Under the pieces are notes generated by a model. That model was not told the DNA's origin, did not search any database, and worked only from the letters and a program-made list of their open reading frames with translations. Shown here piece after piece: positions 40,735-56,068 of a stretch of DNA of 64,000 nucleotides. This DNA comes from the human T2T-CHM13v2.0 reference genome, Homo sapiens, in assembly GCF_009914755.1 (NCBI RefSeq), contig NC_060932.1; one strand, written 5' to 3'. Numbering within the stretch: position 1 is the first letter of the stretch; every line of letters starts with the position of its first letter. A program made the position numbers and the translations under genes.

Positions 40735-40978
40735 TTCTTGGACATGCCGCAGTCACAAGCAGTTACAAACCCTCAGCTGCTTAACAAATGAATGGCATGT
40801 CTCACTCAGGCTGTATGTGGGGCTGGCAGAGCTTCCACCTTCTGAAACACCACCAATCACTATGGAGGAAAGAACAGAGATTTAGCAAATCGTGCAATAG
40901 GTCATAAAACATGTCAAGCAGGGTGTGGGGAAGTATCAAAATACTACAGTATTAATGAGCAAACCAATGACTTCCACA
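40735..40978 (-). mobile_element. Old MLT1 (J/K/L-like) LTR remnant
   Basis: 'aaaccctcagctgcttaacaa...tctcactca...aagcagggtgtggggaagta...ttccaca'. Confidence 0.45.
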
Positions 40979-41108
40979 GTTTGCCATTCTGGTCATCAGA
41001 TAAATTTAGAGCACCTTAACACTCATCTTCAATCAATTCTCACACTTTTCTGAGCCACCCATATACTGCTTTATAGACAAGGAATGTGGTTAATTGGCTT
41101 GTCCAAAG

Positions 41109-41564
41109 TGTGAGATAAACAAAGACTACACAAATGAGAAAAGCAAAGCATATTGATTCAGAGCTTGCTATAGCCAGGGAGGCAGGTACCCTCATAGCTT
41201 TGGCAGACACTCACAGGCAGTCAGGTGCTTGAGAAAGCTTTAGAGTGGGGAGAAAGGAGAGTTTCAAGTGTTCCCTGAGTGGGGGTTGTTAAGCCTGGGG
41301 AAGCTGGAGGTGGCTAACTGGAAGAGAGACATACCATGTGCTCTGTTAGCAAAGCAGCTTTGGCTTTCTCTGGTTGATGCTAAGTTTAAAGAGGTGGCAG
41401 AAAATAGGAAAGGTAGAAGACACCACCCAAGTCCTGACCATGCTGGGCCTATTGCTGCACAGGTTGTCTTTGGGCTTCCTGGACTGGCTAGAGTAGAGGT
41501 TGTGGGTCTGAATCTGTTGTAATATATGGCCTGGTCCTGATCCATTTTTATATTCAGTCTCTCA
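41109..41564 (-). mobile_element. MER89/MER110-like ERV1 LTR
   Basis: Reverse complement starts 'tgagagactgaatataaaaatgga...gacccacaacctct'. Confidence 0.65.
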
Positions 41565-42363
41565 ATATCTTTCACTCATTTTCATGAGTCATGGGCCAAA
41601 GTAAGTCATATGTTCTTGAATCACTTTATGGTGGAGGAAAACTTAAGTGTTGACTCATGACTGCCATAGCCATTGATTAAGATTCAAGAATAGTTTTTAA
41701 AAGCACAATATATCTTTACATAAATTTCATAACAAGAGACAGTTCTAGCACTTGCATATGAACTTATGTTGATCTATTTCTTGGCACAGACAGATGTTTT
41801 TATCCCTCATCTACATTTTTTTTGATACAGACACAGAGAAATTTTCCTTTCATACTCAACAGTATCTAACCTTCTTTGTAAACAAAAATCCATGACTCTT
41901 CTATGTGCTAAAACATATATGTATATATTTTAGTGTAATTATATATGTATATGTATTTATATATGCAATTATATATGCACACATCCATAGACATACAATA
42001 TATAATTAGATCAAAGACAATTTATGTTTTTTTAATAATCATTCACCCATCATTTTGGATCTAGAGTTTAGACCATTAGATATATCATCTGAAATACAGT
42101 TTATAAACAAAGAATATTCTATTCATAACTAATAGGTATTTTAGCATAAGGCAAAAGTTATCTTTCATAACACAAATTTATTGTCTTCATTAAAAAAACC
42201 CCAAAAATATAGTGTATGACTTTTGTCTTTTATATAAAATTGATAAAACAGAAAACATTTATTTGTAATTTTTACTGAGGGTTGACAATTTTCCCTTTCA
42301 TACTATGTAACTTACATAATTTGATGCAAATCAGTAAGTGAATAGTAAATGTCCTCCTAAGTA

Positions 42364-42496
42364 GGCTGGGTACAGTGGCTCACACTTGTAATCCCAGCAT
42401 TTTGGGAGAAGGAGGTGGGAAATTTGCTTGAGGCCAGGGTTAGAAAACAGTCTGGGCAACATAGTGAGACACCACCCCTATAAGAAAAAAAAAAAA
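42364..42496 (+). mobile_element. FLAM or Alu left monomer
   Basis: Single ~130-bp arm followed by poly-A. Confidence 0.85.
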
Positions 42497-42639
42497 GTTA
42501 TCATAAATAAATAACAGAAATGAAAAAGAAATCTTAATTTTAAGAAAGTTTCCAAAATATAAAATAAAGATGCAGTTACTTTGTATGAAAGAGTAGTATT
42601 CACAGGTTACTGATAATATGTCTCTAATGCTATTTCTAT

Positions 42640-43700
42640 ACCCATTGTCCCCCAAGGATACACTATCTGTTCTCTCTCAGATCCTTTAGACATCAAGCAC
42701 CATGCAGTCCCGCTGTTCCCATCATACTGGCCTACCAGCTGTAGGTGCCCATGCTGCCCACCATACTTTTCATACTGAAGGGCTCTCCTCTTAGCTCCAT
42801 GCAGCCATCTTCCTCTGGTCCCAAATTCTGTGTGCTGTGATGCCACACCTATACCTCCCCACGTAGGAGAAGTGGTATGATATCTCTGGTCCCTTTTCTC
42901 TGTAGTCATTCTCTTCTTGGAGAAGTTCAACTATTTCCATGTTTTTGACTCTAACCTCTAAACTCATGTTTCTAAACTCTAATTGCATAAGGAGCACCTG
43001 GGTAATTTGTTCAGCATGCACATACCTTTGTCAGAGATGCTAATTGGGTAAGCCTTGTCAGATGACCCTACATTTGCATTAGGCACCCAAGTGCAAGCTG
43101 GCCCCTGTCTCCGGATTTAGACTCAGCACCCATAGCACACTGGGTATTTTTATGTGAGTATTTAATGAGCCAATCAAATGAAGCAAGTGCAAAAGAGAAC
43201 TCCTTATTATGATCAGGATGAATCACCCCCCCAACAATCTGGTCTTTTTTTTCCTCTCTAAATTCATCCATCCATTTTTTCCATCCCTTCACTATCTTCC
43301 CCATGCCACGGTCTTTATCTGTGTTCCTCACATATGGCTACTTCTTCCAAGCACAGGACTCTCACTGGTATGTTTTTTTTCCATTGGAACATCCTTTCAC
43401 TGGGGATTTATCTGGTTCTTCTCCAGTGGCTCCTTCTCAGAGACCTTTCCTGCTCATTCTCTCTAATTAACCTCCCCACTCCACCCATGCTGACCATCAG
43501 ACATTGCTATCTCTTCATGCTAGTGCTTCATTTGTGATCACAATCTGCACTGACTTCTTCGCTTGCTTGTTTACTTATTTACTGTCTTTGCACCGGTGAT
43601 AGCACACAAGCACTTGATAGCAAGGATCTTGTTTTGCTTTCTCTCTTCTGTGCACCTAGTGCGTTTAACACAGAGAAGGTGTGCAGTCGGTAATGTTTCA
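42640..43700 (+). mobile_element. L2 fragments with a MER5A-like hAT insertion (~42960-43095)
   Basis: L2 3' motifs 'cttctcagagacctttcctg', 'gcaaggatcttgttttg...tgcacctag'; MER5-like 'tttctaaact...cacctggg'. Confidence 0.55.
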
Positions 43701-43704
43701 AGGA

Positions 43705-43840
43705 CAGGAAAAAAGGAAAGAAAGAGAGAGAGGGAGAAAAGGAGAAGGGAAGGGGAGGGAAGGAGAGGGGAGGGAAGGGGATGGAAGGGGAGAGGAGGGG
43801 AGGGAAGGGAAGGGAAGGGAGACGGAGGGAGGAAGGGAGA
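43705..43840. repeat. GA-rich (GGGAA/GGGGA)n low-complexity tract
   Basis: Nearly pure purine tract. Confidence 0.95.
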
Positions 43841-44109
43841 CATCTTGAATATAAGTATCATAGAGGAAATATACATCCATTACCCTGTACAACCAATTAA
43901 CTTTTTAGAAGATATCTTTGCTTCTAGCAATCACATATACTGTACAACTAACAAAACAAGTACGTTACTTGCAGTCTCCAGGGCTTTTCCAGGAATAGGA
44001 AATGGCACAACATATTGGTGAGGCAGCTCTGCACAGGAATCTGAGGCTCACGAGGAAAAGGTGGGACTGGGAGGATTTGGGAGGCCCAAGGCAAGGTTCT
44101 GTTTATTTT

Positions 44110-44230
44110 ACTGCCTCAGTTCCTTCATTTCTAAAATTGAAATAAAATATTACTTATCTCATAAGATTATTATAATAATTTAATCAGGTAACTTATGAAA
44201 AACCTTTAGGAAGTGCTAATTACCCATTAT
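44110..44230 (+). mobile_element. MIR fragment
   Basis: 'tgcctcagttccttcatttctaaaattgaaataa...atctcataagattatt'. Confidence 0.65.
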
Positions 44231-45900
44231 TTACTATACCTCAATTTAGAGTTACTAATTTTATATATCTGGCTTTAACCATATTTATTTTGAGATTTTT
44301 GTAATTACTTACACAACAATAATCACTTTTTTTTACAAATATATATCTATAAAATTATTTTTTTCAGTGTTATTAGGTAGCTAACACATAGTCACTCTTT
44401 CAGAAATCCCATTAAGAGGCTCCTGACAGAATTCAGAATCGTATTTGTACCACATCAATGTCTTCCCTCAAACTCTGTTGAAACATATATCGACACAAAT
44501 AAGCTAAAGCTATTTCTTTCAGTTAAAATTAGTTTCTAGCTAAGAGTTTTACACAGTTTAATATTGTTGTGATTTTTCTAACTGACATGTCATTTAAAGT
44601 ATGATATTATTCACTAATCTAATAATAACATAAACAAATACATTTGTGTTCTCTTTGCCAGGTTCCATTCTCTTATTTTAAAAATTTTCCTTTTTTTAAC
44701 TTAAAACATGTTTCAGAGCAGGTTTGTTTCTATTTCTTTTCTTTTTTTTTTTTTTTTAATGAATGATTTGGAAAGAACATGGGCAGTGTCATCAGAATCT
44801 CCCCATTAGCTCTTACTCAGTATGTGACACTGAAAAATCTGCCAGTCTTGCCTTTTTTGGTTCTCCTTCACCAGCAAATGGAGATAACCGTCTCCATCCC
44901 TGCAGAGCACTAAGGTTGTGCTCCAAAAGGGTCTGGCGCATAACTGTCAACATTATTGTTTTTTTTACTGTTGATTTCAATCCAATTACTGTCAATTAAG
45001 TTAACATTTAGAGGGCTTGATAATAAAATCTTGATAATCATGTAGTAACTACTGCTTGAATCTTATTGAATATTATTAAAATATGTCTAATGATAGTTTG
45101 AATTTCCATGATCTAGTGAATTCTTTTTATGTAGATAAATCATCTTAAATTAGTGTTACTGTCATATAAACCATAACCAGATCAACATTTCTGATTTCCG
45201 CCTGTGTTCTATCCATCCGTTTGCAGTTGAGGTGGATAGATTTTCAGGAGGCAGGGTCTGTTTCCTAGAACTCACCTAAAGACTGAACTCTACGGATGTG
45301 CCAAGGAGTTCGTGCCCTTGAGGAGATTACATTTTTGGGGGATAGAAGGGGGAGAAGAAAAGTAAGCAAGTGGGATTTTCTTTCAATTCCATGTGATAAA
45401 AAAGGTAAATAAGGGATAGTAGGGAACTGCAAAAAGACAGCATTAAGCAGAATTCCTTGGAGCACACACAGAGTGTTGGTATAAGCTACTTGAAAAGTAT
45501 TCAGTTTGTCCCTGAAGCCCATCTGATTTTATCACTCTACCATTTTCTCATCATACATATTATATAACAAGCAGAATTTAAATATTTGTGCAAAGGATAA
45601 GCTTGCGCGTTGGTGGAATTGTTAATAAATTACATTCACTCTTTTCTTTGAATGTTTCTGCTCCTTTTGTATATAAGTTCCATGGGTTTCCCATGAAGGA
45701 TATTAATACCTACTGAAAAGAGTGACAATTGTGCTCATTGCTAAGCTGAAAAAATGTAATCCGTCTATCTGTTTTCTCTGCAGTACATAACACTAGAAAA
45801 TCTAATCACCTTGAAATTGTTTGAAAGCAAGCACAAGAAAATTCATGGATGTTCACTATAGAATGAGCACAATAGAGCACCTCAGCTCATCTTATTTCAG

Positions 45901-45965
45901 ACCAAAGCATTCTACAACTCCATCAAGAAGGAGCTAAGCTACATCAGGATAAAGCAAATACAGAG
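45901..45965 (+). other. Candidate 65-nt exon, transcript unknown
   Basis: Acceptor 'ctcatcttatttcag|' and donor 'GAG|gtacgt' in non-repeat sequence. Confidence 0.25.
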
Positions 45966-46329
45966 GTACGTTTTTTTAAAACCCTTAAACAAGGTTTATG
46001 TCTGCTCTATTCTTCCCAATTGAAGCCTTAAAAAAAGAAAGTGAAATTACATGTAAGAGTCAGTGCCTTTATTTTTCAAGAGAAGCTAAAAGATGATTCA
46101 GTCTTACTTTATTTTCCCAAAGATGGCCTGCTAGGACTCCCTGCAGTGTATGCAATTTTAAGAATGATTGGTATTCTGTCAAAGTAAAATAAATGTATTA
46201 ACTTCAAAGAAAAAAATCTTTACCAAAGTTTCCAGGACAGTGTGTTTCCAGGACAATGAGTTTCCAGGACATTGGCTTAACAGACTACCTTTACAGTTAT
46301 GAGTCTACACAGGGAAATTGAGGGTGATA

Positions 46330-48320
46330 CTGGTTTCAAAAGTCACTTGAGAAGTATTCTTTTCACTACATTCTAAAACCACTGTGGTGGATTGATGATG
46401 TGTTCTTAGAGTGTTTGATAGACTCCGCCATTAGGAACATCTGTGCCTGGGCTTTTGTTTTTGTGCATGTGTGAAATGTGTGTGTGTGCAAGTGTGTGAG
46501 TGCATATTCAGGCTTCATATTTTTAATAATTTTTAGCCTTATTATGTTGTCATTTTTATTGAATCTGTAGTAACATTGTCTTTCATTCATGATGGAGATA
46601 AATTGACTCCTGTCTTTTAAATCAACTTAACTACTAGTTACATCACTTTCAACTATCTTTTCATCAAAGGATTGCATTTTATTATATTGACTTTATTGAT
46701 TTCCTCTACAGTTTGTTATTTTAAATTTCATTGATTTCAGCTTCTATTTGAATCGTGGTTTTGCTCCTACTTACTTTGGATTACTCTTTCATATCTTAGT
46801 TCTTTAGATGATGCAATAGATCTTTCAACTGGTTTGGGACACTTTTCTTTTTTATAATAAATATTTAACAATCTAAACTTTTGTCTAAGCACTATTTAGC
46901 CACACCCCAATCTATTTATGTATTATGTTGTTTTCATTGTTATTTTGTTCAAATGACAGGTTTCCCTGTCATTTCATCTGTGACCCATGATGCATGTACA
47001 TGTATTTGTTTAGCAATATGTTGTTTGATTTCCAAATATGAGAGGATTTTCAGATCTGTTACTGTTACTAATTTATAATTTAACTCACTTTTCAGAAAAT
47101 ACATTCTGTTTGATTATAATTCTATTAAGTAACAAGAGTGTTTCATGGCCCAATATATCATCTATGCTGGTAATCTTTCACTGTAGTTAAAAAGAATATA
47201 AACTCTTTCTTTGGAGTGGAGTGCACTATCAATGTCAATTAGCTTGAGTTATATTGTTCTAGTTTTCTGTAGTCTTTCTTATTTTCTGTCTGCTTATTTC
47301 ATCAATTACTGAGAGAGAAGTTTTGAAATCTTCAACTAAAATTGTAGTGATATCTATTTCTTCTTTCAGCTTTGGGAGTTTTTGCTTTTTTCAAGTTTCT
47401 CTTGATAGATATCCCATGTATATGATTGTTATATTTTCTTAATTAACTCTTCCTTTCATCATTATAAAATATCCCCTTATTTTCTTTATATCTTCTTTTG
47501 AAGTTTGCTTTTATGGATGTTAATGTGTAGCTTCAGCTTTCTTATGGTTAGTGTTTTCATGGTATGTCCTTTGTATGCTTTCAGTTTTAAACTATTTCTG
47601 TCATGTTGAAATAGCATTTCCTCAGATAAGATATATTTTGGTTTTAATTCTTTGAAGTTGAGTATGATAATCTCTATCTTTCTAATTGTAGTTTTTAGAT
47701 TGTTTACATATACTTGTTTATGCTGTTTAAGTTTCCCATTTGTAATTTGTTTTCTATTTGCATCATTTATACTTTTTTCTTTTTTTTCTTTTAGTACCCT
47801 TTTTGATAAAATAAGTACTTTTAGTATTGCATTTGAGCTCCACTTCAAATTACTGAGTGAACGTATCTGGTTTATTACTGGTTGTTCTAAGGTTTATAAT
47901 ATGAATCTGTAACTTATCACAGTAACTGTCAAATCATGTTATGCCACTTCACATGTGAGAGCCTTAAAAAACTGTATTTTCTTCTCTCCTCTCTTCATTC
48001 TTATTATTATTTTTATCTACTTTACTTCAATATATTTTATTAATACCACAATATGATAACTAATTGGTCCTTCAATTATTTATCTTTTAAAGAAATCTTT
48101 GGAAATGTGTAAAATGCATTTACTGATATATGTCCATTTTCAGCACTCTTCATTCTTTTTTAAATTAAAATACCCATTTGGTATCATTTTCTTCAGTGTA
48201 ATGAACTTCCTTTAACCTTTTTTTATAACTCATGTCTGCTCTTAAAATTTTTCCTACCTTGTTCATCTGAAAATGTCTTTATTTTGCCTTCATCTATTTT
48301 AAATAGGATATAGAATTTTC
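46330..48320 (-). mobile_element. Old L1M (MC/ME) ORF2 region
   Basis: T-rich antisense L1 motifs 'atcaattactgagagagaagttttgaaatcttcaact', 'catctgaaaatgtctttattttgcc'. Confidence 0.75.
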
Positions 48321-48826
48321 AGTCGACAATTGACATAATCAGTAAGTTTCCACTCCAAACTGAAATTCAAAGCCGTGTGCCATCATTCATTTTGCTATAC
48401 CCTGACTTGCCCAATTGCCAAATAATAAGGAGCAGAGAGTCATATATGAATTATGCATGACTGGGTTACAATAAATTATAACAGAAAATACATGTTAAGC
48501 ATGAATAAGTTAAAAGTATTGCTGTATGTATAGAAAAAAAATCATCCTTTGGGGGAATTTAGTTACTATGGTATAAAGTTTGGGAACAATTTAAATACTT
48601 TCCATTGATTAATATCTTTTGGTCATTATAATCCACAGTTAATACAACCATCCACACACCCATACCCTCCTTGTTCCACAAACACTACTTGTCTACATGC
48701 AAGCATACAGGTGATCAACCATACTTCTCTTTTCTAAGTAATATACAATTTATTTTTAATCAATCTCTACTAAATAAATGTCAATCTCATATGTTGAAGA
48801 CATAAATTTTTAAAACTCCAACTTAC

Positions 48827-48886
48827 CTGTTTTAAGAAAAGTTTGGACTAATAATGATACTTGAGCAATCGTCTCTCCTTGCCAGA
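48827..48886 (-). other. Candidate 60-nt phase-1/phase-1 exon (xWQGETIAQVSLLVQTFLKT)
   Basis: Minus strand 'atttttatttccag|TCTGG...AAACAG|gtaagt'; only the phase-1 frame is open. Confidence 0.4.
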
Positions 48887-49057
48887 CTGGAAATAAAAAT
48901 ATTGTCTTACAAACCAGTAAAATAAATATTAAAGCTTCAAGATATTTTTTTCCTGGTGAAGGTCCTCTTTTAGAATTTCTTTAAAAGTTCTGATCTGAAC
49001 TGGAATGCCTTCCCATCCCCAGAGAAACCCAGCTTATTCCTACCATCAGTCACTAGC

Positions 49058-49186
49058 AGTGACTAAATAGCTAAAATAAGCTAAATAGCTATTTAGCTAA
49101 ATAGCTAAATAGCTAAATAAGCTAAAAAGCTAAATAGCTAAAATAAGCTAAAATAGCTAAAATAAGTGACTAAGTAGCTAAAATAA
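49058..49186. repeat. Degenerate (AAATAGCT)n array containing a palindrome
   Basis: About a dozen AGCT-containing units, a perfect 20-bp palindrome at 49079-49098, bounded by direct repeats 'agtgactaaRtagctaaaataa'. Confidence 0.9.
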
Positions 49187-49469
49187 AAAGAGGTAGGTAT
49201 GGTCAAGTTTTTTGGATACAATTTGGTAACTAATTTACTCCCTTGGGAAAATCAGCCTCCGTTTTCATTTTAATATTCAGAATTTTCCCTTTCTTGTTCA
49301 CAGTGCTGAGAGTCAGCCTTCTTCTCTTGTCAAATAAAGATGTAGAAGTTTCTACTTTAAAGCCTTATATACATTCCTAAAAAATGCCAAAAAATTTTTA
49401 CAAAAATCACACACTAAAAATAATAAGGTTTGTGAGAAAACTAGGGTTGGATAAAAACAGTGAAAATCC

Positions 49470-51510
<2,041 letters not shown>

Positions 51511-52299
51511 CTAAAGATAGCTCTGCTTTCCAAAGCAATAAAATGTGGAATTATTTTAAATATCATGCTCTCAACTTTTTACGTTTTCTACAAGGGAACT
51601 TTATTGTTGGGGAAATAAAACAAACTGCCTTCATAGTCTCTTTCTCCTCTACTTCAGATCCAAATTTTCCAAACTCAGGACTTTCTTATACATCAATCAA
51701 TACAATGTGAGGATGTTATTGAGTATGAATAATGAAGTGGAGTGGAGTGGATGAACTGGATTATAACGTGACCAGAAGATACATTTGGCATAGGAATATG
51801 AACAGCCCTATCCTGGGATGAAATGATATTTCCTGTTTAGGTGAAGATACCCTAGAATGTAGGATGCTTTACAAAATCGTAGTGATAAGACTTCTACATT
51901 ATGGAAGAAATGGTATGCTCTGTGTTTTCACTAAAGATCGAATTGTCAGTTCAGTTTTTACTAGAAAAATATAATTTTGTTTTCAAACATAAGTTTCGCT
52001 ACCATTTGGCCACAAAATTTTACTGTCTCCCTGGTGAGTTAGTTTATTTGTTCTTATGTTTTCCATTTCCTTCATGTGACCAATATTGCATCTCTAAGAT
52101 GCCATGGCTGTAATTTGTGAGAAGCAGGCAGGGGATGGAGAGGTAGAGAACTGTTTTATGCCTTACAGAATTTTCCACACTCTTTGATTTTCAACCATAT
52201 ACAAGAATGAATTTGATTAAAATTAATTTTACATATTTTTCTATTATTAGTACATGATAAAACTGTTGCATCTGTTAACTGAAGAAATAAATTATTCAT

Positions 52300-52800
52300 A
52301 AAATGTTAATATATAATTGGTTAAATATTTAGAAACATATAGTTAGAGTATTGTCTCATGTCACCAAAATGACTTCCAACTGGAATAAAGATTTATATAT
52401 AAAAATTAAACCATAAAATACGAAAGAGTACATTTAAGGAGGGGATGTTTTTTCTATATGATACCTAAAGTGAAAATGAAAAAAAAGGATAAACAGAATT
52501 AAGTACATAATAATTTAAAAGGCTATGTATTACAAATAGAGCATAAGTAAAGTCAAGACTAAATGAAAAACTGTAAAAATAGTTGAATATCATAAGATAA
52601 AAATTACTAGCTTTTTCAAGAATGAGCATTTTAAAAAACCAGTAAGAAAAGTTGAGGACTATAGTGGAAATTGAGTGAAATTTATGAAGAGCTAATTTAT
52701 AGAATAATAAATTCAATTGCTGGTAAATATATGGAGAAATTTAATTTCACTAGCAAAAAATTCAAAATATGATAAATATATAGCACATATTTATCTATTG
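52300..52800 (+). mobile_element. Old L1ME-like ORF2 fragment
   Basis: 'aactggaataaagattta...aaccataaaatac', 'atatggagaaat...ttcactagc'. Confidence 0.5.
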
Positions 52801-52879
52801 GGACAAAGTGTAACCATGTAAAACCAGTGAGTTTGTATTGCTATCTCATGGCTAGCGTTCCAAGGTAAAAGCTAGTGGA

Positions 52880-52918
<39 letters not shown>

Positions 52919-54029
52919 ATAAATGTCTAGATGTGTTTATTTGTATGTACATTTATTAAGTTATATACTGTGTCTACCAAATTGGCTTATAAATTAAAAA
53001 GTGCTCATAAATTAAGTAAATAAATCCAAGCAATTTTCAAGTTTACCTGACTTAAGTAAATCATTACTAAACAAGCTGGCTTTAAAATTATTGGTAAAAT
53101 AAAAATAAAATGTCTTCAGAATTGTCAGCATACATTTTTGTCTGGATTTTATATCTGTCTTTGACAGATATTTTGAGATGTCTGTGTTTGGCATAGATGG
53201 TTATAAAGCTATTTACCCAGCCAAAATAAAATGATCTTGGTTTGTGTGCCTTCTTTGAAAAATGAGACTAATTTAATGTTGTTAGCTGAATTTTCTGAGT
53301 TATTGGCAAAAATTACCTATATGTTTAACTTTGAAGCTGTTCTTTAGGTGAGCATCTGATGTTTGCTGGCTATTAAAAAATGGTTATTTTAAAAGTGGTT
53401 AACAAGGATATAACTAGCTTTATAGTGTCTAATATCTCAGTTTATAGGAGTAATGTAGATAAATTGTTAAAAATGAAAGAATTGAGTATATGTAAATGAG
53501 ATAAATGTTTTAGGTCAACTTTTTGAGTAACTTAAAATATTAAAATTATTTTTTATGTTCATTAAATATCTGGGTCATTTCCAACTAAGAAAGGGTTATG
53601 ATATGGAGAAATGTTTATAAAAATTATGGAATTGTTCTTATCTATAAAATGCTTTTATCTGATAGTTTAGGATTTCTTGCTTTTTAGGGTTTCACTAAAG
53701 TTTTAGGTTACTAAGGATAAGAATTCTAGTCAATACATAATTCTGTATACAAAATGTTCCAAAAAGTTTGTGTTGTTAGTGAGAAAAAGAATACTTTTCT
53801 CTAATTCAGAAATTATTTAAAAGTTAGTTCAAATTACAGATTTAAAATGGTTATTTATAAAAGAATGTAGTAAAGAACCAGTAAGTAGGGAAGAAAGATG
53901 TGGAAAAAGTTATATATACATATATATATATATCATTATTTGTTTTTGGTAAGGAAGGTTATAAAGAAAAGGTAATGATTTTGAGGAAGGATCTTGTATG
54001 GTACATTTTTTGTCCTGAAGTAAAATGGG

Positions 54030-54145
54030 AAGAAGAAAGAAGGAAGGAGAAGGAGAAGTAGAAGGAGGAGATGGAGGAGGAGGAAGAAGGGGAGGGCATG
54101 TGCAGGAGGAGGAGAAGGAGAAGGAGAAGGAGAAGGGGAAGGAGA
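54030..54145. repeat. GA-rich (GGAGAA)n low-complexity tract
   Basis: Directly visible. Confidence 0.9.
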
Positions 54146-54394
54146 AAATCTGGGGCTGAATGGAAACCCCAGGATGTTGTGGATGGTCTGTATAAGTCAT
54201 ATGTAGTTTTTCCTCTTCTTTTTCACATACAGAGAGAATAAAAAGTTGATAATGTTTAGATAATAAAATATTCTTTAAAATCTGATAGAGAATTGGAGAA
54301 ATTTGTCTCATTAACATTTTCATAGTTAAAGCTCTTAGTCTTGATTAAAGCAAAATAAGAAATATTGTAAAGAAATGCATTGGCAGTTTGCCAA

Positions 54395-54620
<226 letters not shown>

Positions 54621-55633
54621 GGCAATTTTTCTTTTTATATAGTTAAGAATGAAGCTGGATTTAGTGTACATGTTTGCATTGCTTCACACTATGTATGCTA
54701 TTTTGCATGGATAGTGCTGGCACTAGAGTCCTTACTGGTCATGTGCCTAGAGCGAATTTCTTGATTGCACAGGATGTATGGTGATATTGGTGGACTTAAG
54801 GATATTGAATTGTGTATCAGGAATAAAATATTCATTATATGGGGTTTGTAGACTCTAGGTAACACTTTAACCTCTAAGGTAAACTGATAAACTTAGGACT
54901 GGTTTCCTGTTTATTTGTTTTTGCTTCTAATTTTCATTTGTTTTGCTGTTTCTTCTCCTTTGGGTTTTACTTGTGTATGCATATATATAATCATATATAA
55001 AACTATAGACATTTTTTACCTTCCAGTCGAAGGCTTTTGTTTAGTTCTGTGAATATTTTGTTTCCTATGCATTTCTAGCAAGTCATCATCTGTTCTATTT
55101 ATCTGGAATTCCTAGGTTGCCTTTGGTGGGGCCTGCAGGAATTGATGGAGCACACCAGCCACTTGGAATTTCTTTGGTTTTGCTTGCTTCTGATGATCTA
55201 GACAGCTAAATAAGTAAAAGACCTATTTTTATAAATTCTGAACAGAAATAGTACATTATATGTTTTGTTGTTTGGAGAGGTGGATGAGTGCAAAAATATT
55301 TGAGTGGTGTTTGTTTCCAGGGTGACTCAATTGAATCAACACTTTGGATTGGTTTCAGATCTTTCCTTTGAGGAAAAAAATTGTGAAATGAGTACAGTTT
55401 TAATGTTCAGTAAAGATTGGCTTTGTCCTTAAGGAAATTATATTGATTAGAATTTCTTTAAAACTAATTTAAAGTGACACTCACTTGGATTAAGTAGTAA
55501 TATAAAAAAGGGTGAGACTTTCTAGTGATTTTTTATCTCAAGCCATTTATCACTGATGGGCCTTCATGTTGTACTTAAAATATTTGCAGCTGTCGCACTG
55601 GTTTGAAGATTTTGGTGATTAGAGTTACCTAAT

Positions 55634-56068
55634 TGAGGTAGGAGAACAGGGTCTGGGGGCAGGGAACCTAAGGACTTCCTAGAACTAAATCAAATAAAAA
55701 AACTCCAGCTTCCTATGATCAAGTAAATAACTTTGTAGCTCTACTTCAGCTGTAACAGGAAATATCCTCTTCATTTGTACACAGGGTGTACATCAAGTAA
55801 ATGACTTTATAACTTTACTTCAGCCTCTTCATTTCCATAGGGCATACACCAAGTAACCAATGGGAAACATCTAGAGGATATTTAAACCCAAGACAATTTT
55901 GTAACAGAGCCTTTGAGCTGCTTGCTTGGGCCTGCTCCCCCCATGTGGAATGTACTTTCATTTTCAATAAAGCTCTGCTTTTGTTGCTTCATTATTTCCT
56001 TGCTTTGTGCTTTTTGTCCAATTCTTTGTTAAAAATACCAAGAATATGTACACCCTCCACCGGTAACA
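55634..56068 (+). mobile_element. MER51-group solo LTR inside ERV1 internal region
   Basis: 'tgaggtaggagaacagggtctgggggcagggaacctaagg...ggtaaca'; perfect TSD TAAT. Confidence 0.85.

Noticed and set aside
41264-41575. Overlapping 103-aa and 84-aa ORFs
   Set aside because: Lie within a MER89-like LTR; chance ORFs.
43563-44021. 152-aa G/E/R-rich ORF, and P/S-rich ORF 53910-54323
   Set aside because: Stop-free low-complexity purine tracts.
45275-45426. Minus-strand exon-like segment with good splice sites
   Set aside because: Largely L2-like sequence with no recognisable coding signature; cannot be linked to the Ig-like remnant.
46228-49186. Short repeat arrays considered as CRISPR-like
   Set aside because: No unique spacers of constant length, no cas genes, eukaryotic context.
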